DNA of 64,000 nucleotides from Yuukianura sp. NJ FZ-2021 (lineage: Eukaryota). How positions within the stretch are numbered: position 1 is the first letter of the stretch; each line of letters begins with the position of its first letter. Where the stretch lies: positions 3,348,001 through 3,412,000 of the forward strand of contig CM102289.1 of NCBI GenBank assembly GCA_046563655.1. The letters run 5' to 3'. Shown piece after piece: positions 63,420 to 64,000 of this stretch. Under the pieces are notes generated by a model that was not told where the DNA came from, made no database searches, and saw only the letters and a list, made by a program, of their open reading frames with translations. Both the position numbers and the translations under genes were made by a program.

Positions 63420-64000
63420 GTAAGTGCAATTTTTGCAAAAAAAAAATTGCTCCGAGTTTAAACGGAGTAAACTGTTAGTCAGATCCAGTAATCTGTGACT
63501 TGCAGATTTAAAATGTCAATGGAGCTAATTGTGTGCTGCTACTTAGTTGTAACTGTGAGCGCAATGTTGTTCTCTCGGCATACGCAATTGCTGCAACCAG
63601 GTCTGGTCTTGCATGTTAACTCGACCACATGTTTAAAAATAGACTGACTTAGGTTAGGTTTACATTAGGTTAGCCTAATCAACATTTTAAATTCGTTGAG
63701 AAAAAGGAAGGACGCGTTTTTTTGTGCCAATTTGTAAAGATCTTTCGATCGTTTTTAGTGTGTTTTTTTTTCAGAAAAGAGGAATCCTGCGATCCGTAAA
63801 TGTGTCTCCGCATGTATCTGCTTTCCCCTGTGCTTTCTCCATGATCATAAAAACTGTATGTGTGTAGCCACTGCCACACCAAAGGTCTCCAGTGGATTCT
63901 AACAAAACCTAACCTAAAGTTCACCTGACTACTACAATTCCTTCAACGACTGTCGATTTCTTTGGGGTTTAAAAGCTGAAAGCTTGGACAGTTAAGGCTT

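Noticed and set aside
55083..64000. Alternative exon 3 or exon 4 (EWND...) of the nAChR gene
   Set aside because: No second DEKNQ-like exon and no exon 4 seen in the window; they presumably lie downstream.

Overview
AT-rich, mostly non-coding eukaryotic DNA, probably from an arthropod (inferred from an insect-like nAChR sequence and many scattered TTAGG/CCTAA words). The only clearly recognisable host gene is a + strand alpha7-clade nicotinic acetylcholine receptor subunit, seen as two exons: 54943-55082 (140 nt) and 63375-63419 (45 nt), the same sizes and phases as exons 2 and 3 of vertebrate CHRNA7. I could not find its signal-peptide exon, so much of the window may be a very long first intron. 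At the left edge is an intronless minus-strand ORF with an F-box-like N-terminus, next to direct repeats and an ACTACT end that resembles a Maverick/Polinton terminus (hypothesis only). The rest holds non-autonomous DNA transposons: a Merlin-like MITE and a hAT-like MITE (both with exact 8-bp TSDs), one complete and one partial Helentron-type (HINE/DINE-1-like) element, older foldback MITEs and several palindromes. The words GGAGAAAG/GTGAAAG look strongly over-represented on both strands. Nearly all short ORFs in the supplied track look like noise. All alignments and counts were made by eye.
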